From Octopus vulgaris (taxonomy: Eukaryota), in NCBI GenBank assembly GCA_951406725.2, contig OX597818.1, forward strand, positions 25,854,001 to 25,918,000: a stretch of DNA of 64,000 nucleotides, read 5' to 3'. This document shows positions 63,075 to 64,000 of this stretch, one piece after another (the first letter of the stretch is position 1; each line of letters opens with the position of its first letter). The position numbers were made by a program, and so were the translations under genes. The notes below the pieces were generated by a model. The model saw nothing but the letters and a program-made list of their open reading frames with translations. It had not been told where the DNA came from and made no database searches.

Positions 63075-63150
63075 TGTAATATATATATGTGTGTGTAAAA
63101 TATATATGTATGTGTGTAATATATATATATATTTACATATATATATAATA
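62742..63150. repeat. Compound (TA)n(TG)n minisatellite
   Basis: Repeating aa(ta)n(tg)n blocks. Confidence 0.9.
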
Positions 63151-63229
63151 TTAAATATTAGGGAATAAATCCAAACTTACAGGGAAAAATCAGATTTAGG
63201 ATTGAATCCAATTTTATAGTAAAATATTA

Positions 63230-63405
63230 TATTATATTAAATTAGAGACAAAACCACTATTATGCAAATCAAACAAAGAAAGACTTAATCCAATCATCAT
63301 CATCATCATCATCAACGGACGCTAAACGATGATGATGATGATTGGATTAAGTCTTTCTTTGTTTGATTTGCATAATAGTGGTTTTGTCTCTAATTTAATA
63401 TAATA
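63230..63405. repeat. Palindrome centred on a bare RTE tail
   Basis: Arms 63230-63313 and 63328-63405, with core aacggacgctaaac at 63314-27. Confidence 0.9.
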
Positions 63406-63778
63406 CTAGCAGTATCGCCCGGCGTTGCTCAGGTTTGTAAGGGAAATAACTATAAAGCATTTTTAGAGAGTTATAGCCAAAAAATAGAAAAAAAATGATG
63501 GTAAATTTTTTTTGAGGGATAAAAAAGGTGGAGTTGCGTCCCCTAGACGGTCTGTGGTTTGGGTTTCAGATTCTCGACCCCATGTCGAATTTATCGATCT
63601 TTTTCAGAACTGGGGGAACTTTTCAAAATTTTCGCTGCGTTAGTTTTGAATTATGACATTGGGCTATGTGTGTGTCAAGTTTCATCAGAATCGGTTGAAA
63701 GCCGTGGTCAGGGTGAGGGTACGAGAAAACAGACACACAGAAAACGCACAGACAAACTGCCGTTTATATAGAGAGAGA
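63406..63778 (-). mobile_element. Non-autonomous Helitron (Lep1-like)
   Basis: Minus 5' end TCtctctctatataaacggcagtttgtctg. The 3' hairpin + CTAG end is nearly identical to 59780-59859. Confidence 0.75.
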
Positions 63779-63885
63779 TATATATATATATATAATTATA
63801 TATATATATATATATATATATGTTTTCGCTCAATAAACACACACAATGCACGGTCTGGGAAACGATATATATATATATGTGTGTG

Positions 63886-64000
63886 TGGAGGCGCAATGGC
63901 CCAGTGGTTAGGGCAGCGAACTCGCGGTCGTAGGATTGCGGTTTCGTTTCCCAGACCGTGCATTGTGTGTGTTATATATATGTGTGTGTGGAGGCGCAAT
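63886..64000 (+). mobile_element. tRNA-SINE heads in tandem within microsatellite
   Basis: ggaggcgcaatggcccagtggttagggc...ggtttcgtttccc. The head restarts at ~63990. Confidence 0.6.

Overview
Eukaryotic, AT-rich, microsatellite-saturated DNA. The SINE/LINE complement (CORE-type tRNA-SINEs, (GAT)n-tailed RTE, CR1 tail) points to a coleoid cephalopod, probably Octopus; this is inferred, not searched. No complete host gene is visible. The only host-coding candidate is a TATA box plus a signal-peptide-like first coding exon at 55724-55845 (+). Most long ORFs are microsatellite artefacts or decayed transposon genes: Penelope-like elements (PLEs; two Hydra-type, one Neptune-like GIY-YIG relic), Gypsy, L1/Tx1, RTE, CR1, mariner, hAT, piggyBac-like and Helitron. 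The most interesting signals are RNA-structural. (i) Several type-I hammerhead ribozyme folds occur, including a two-copy family of tiny ribozyme cassettes embedded in (TA)n tracts. (ii) The RTE 3' UTR carries a variable-number tandem array of hairpin + H-type pseudoknot units. (iii) A Hydra-type PLE has an in-frame TGA exactly at a conserved Cys. (iv) There are at least six long palindromes, one centred on a bare RTE tail. All structures were paired by eye and none has been computed or tested.
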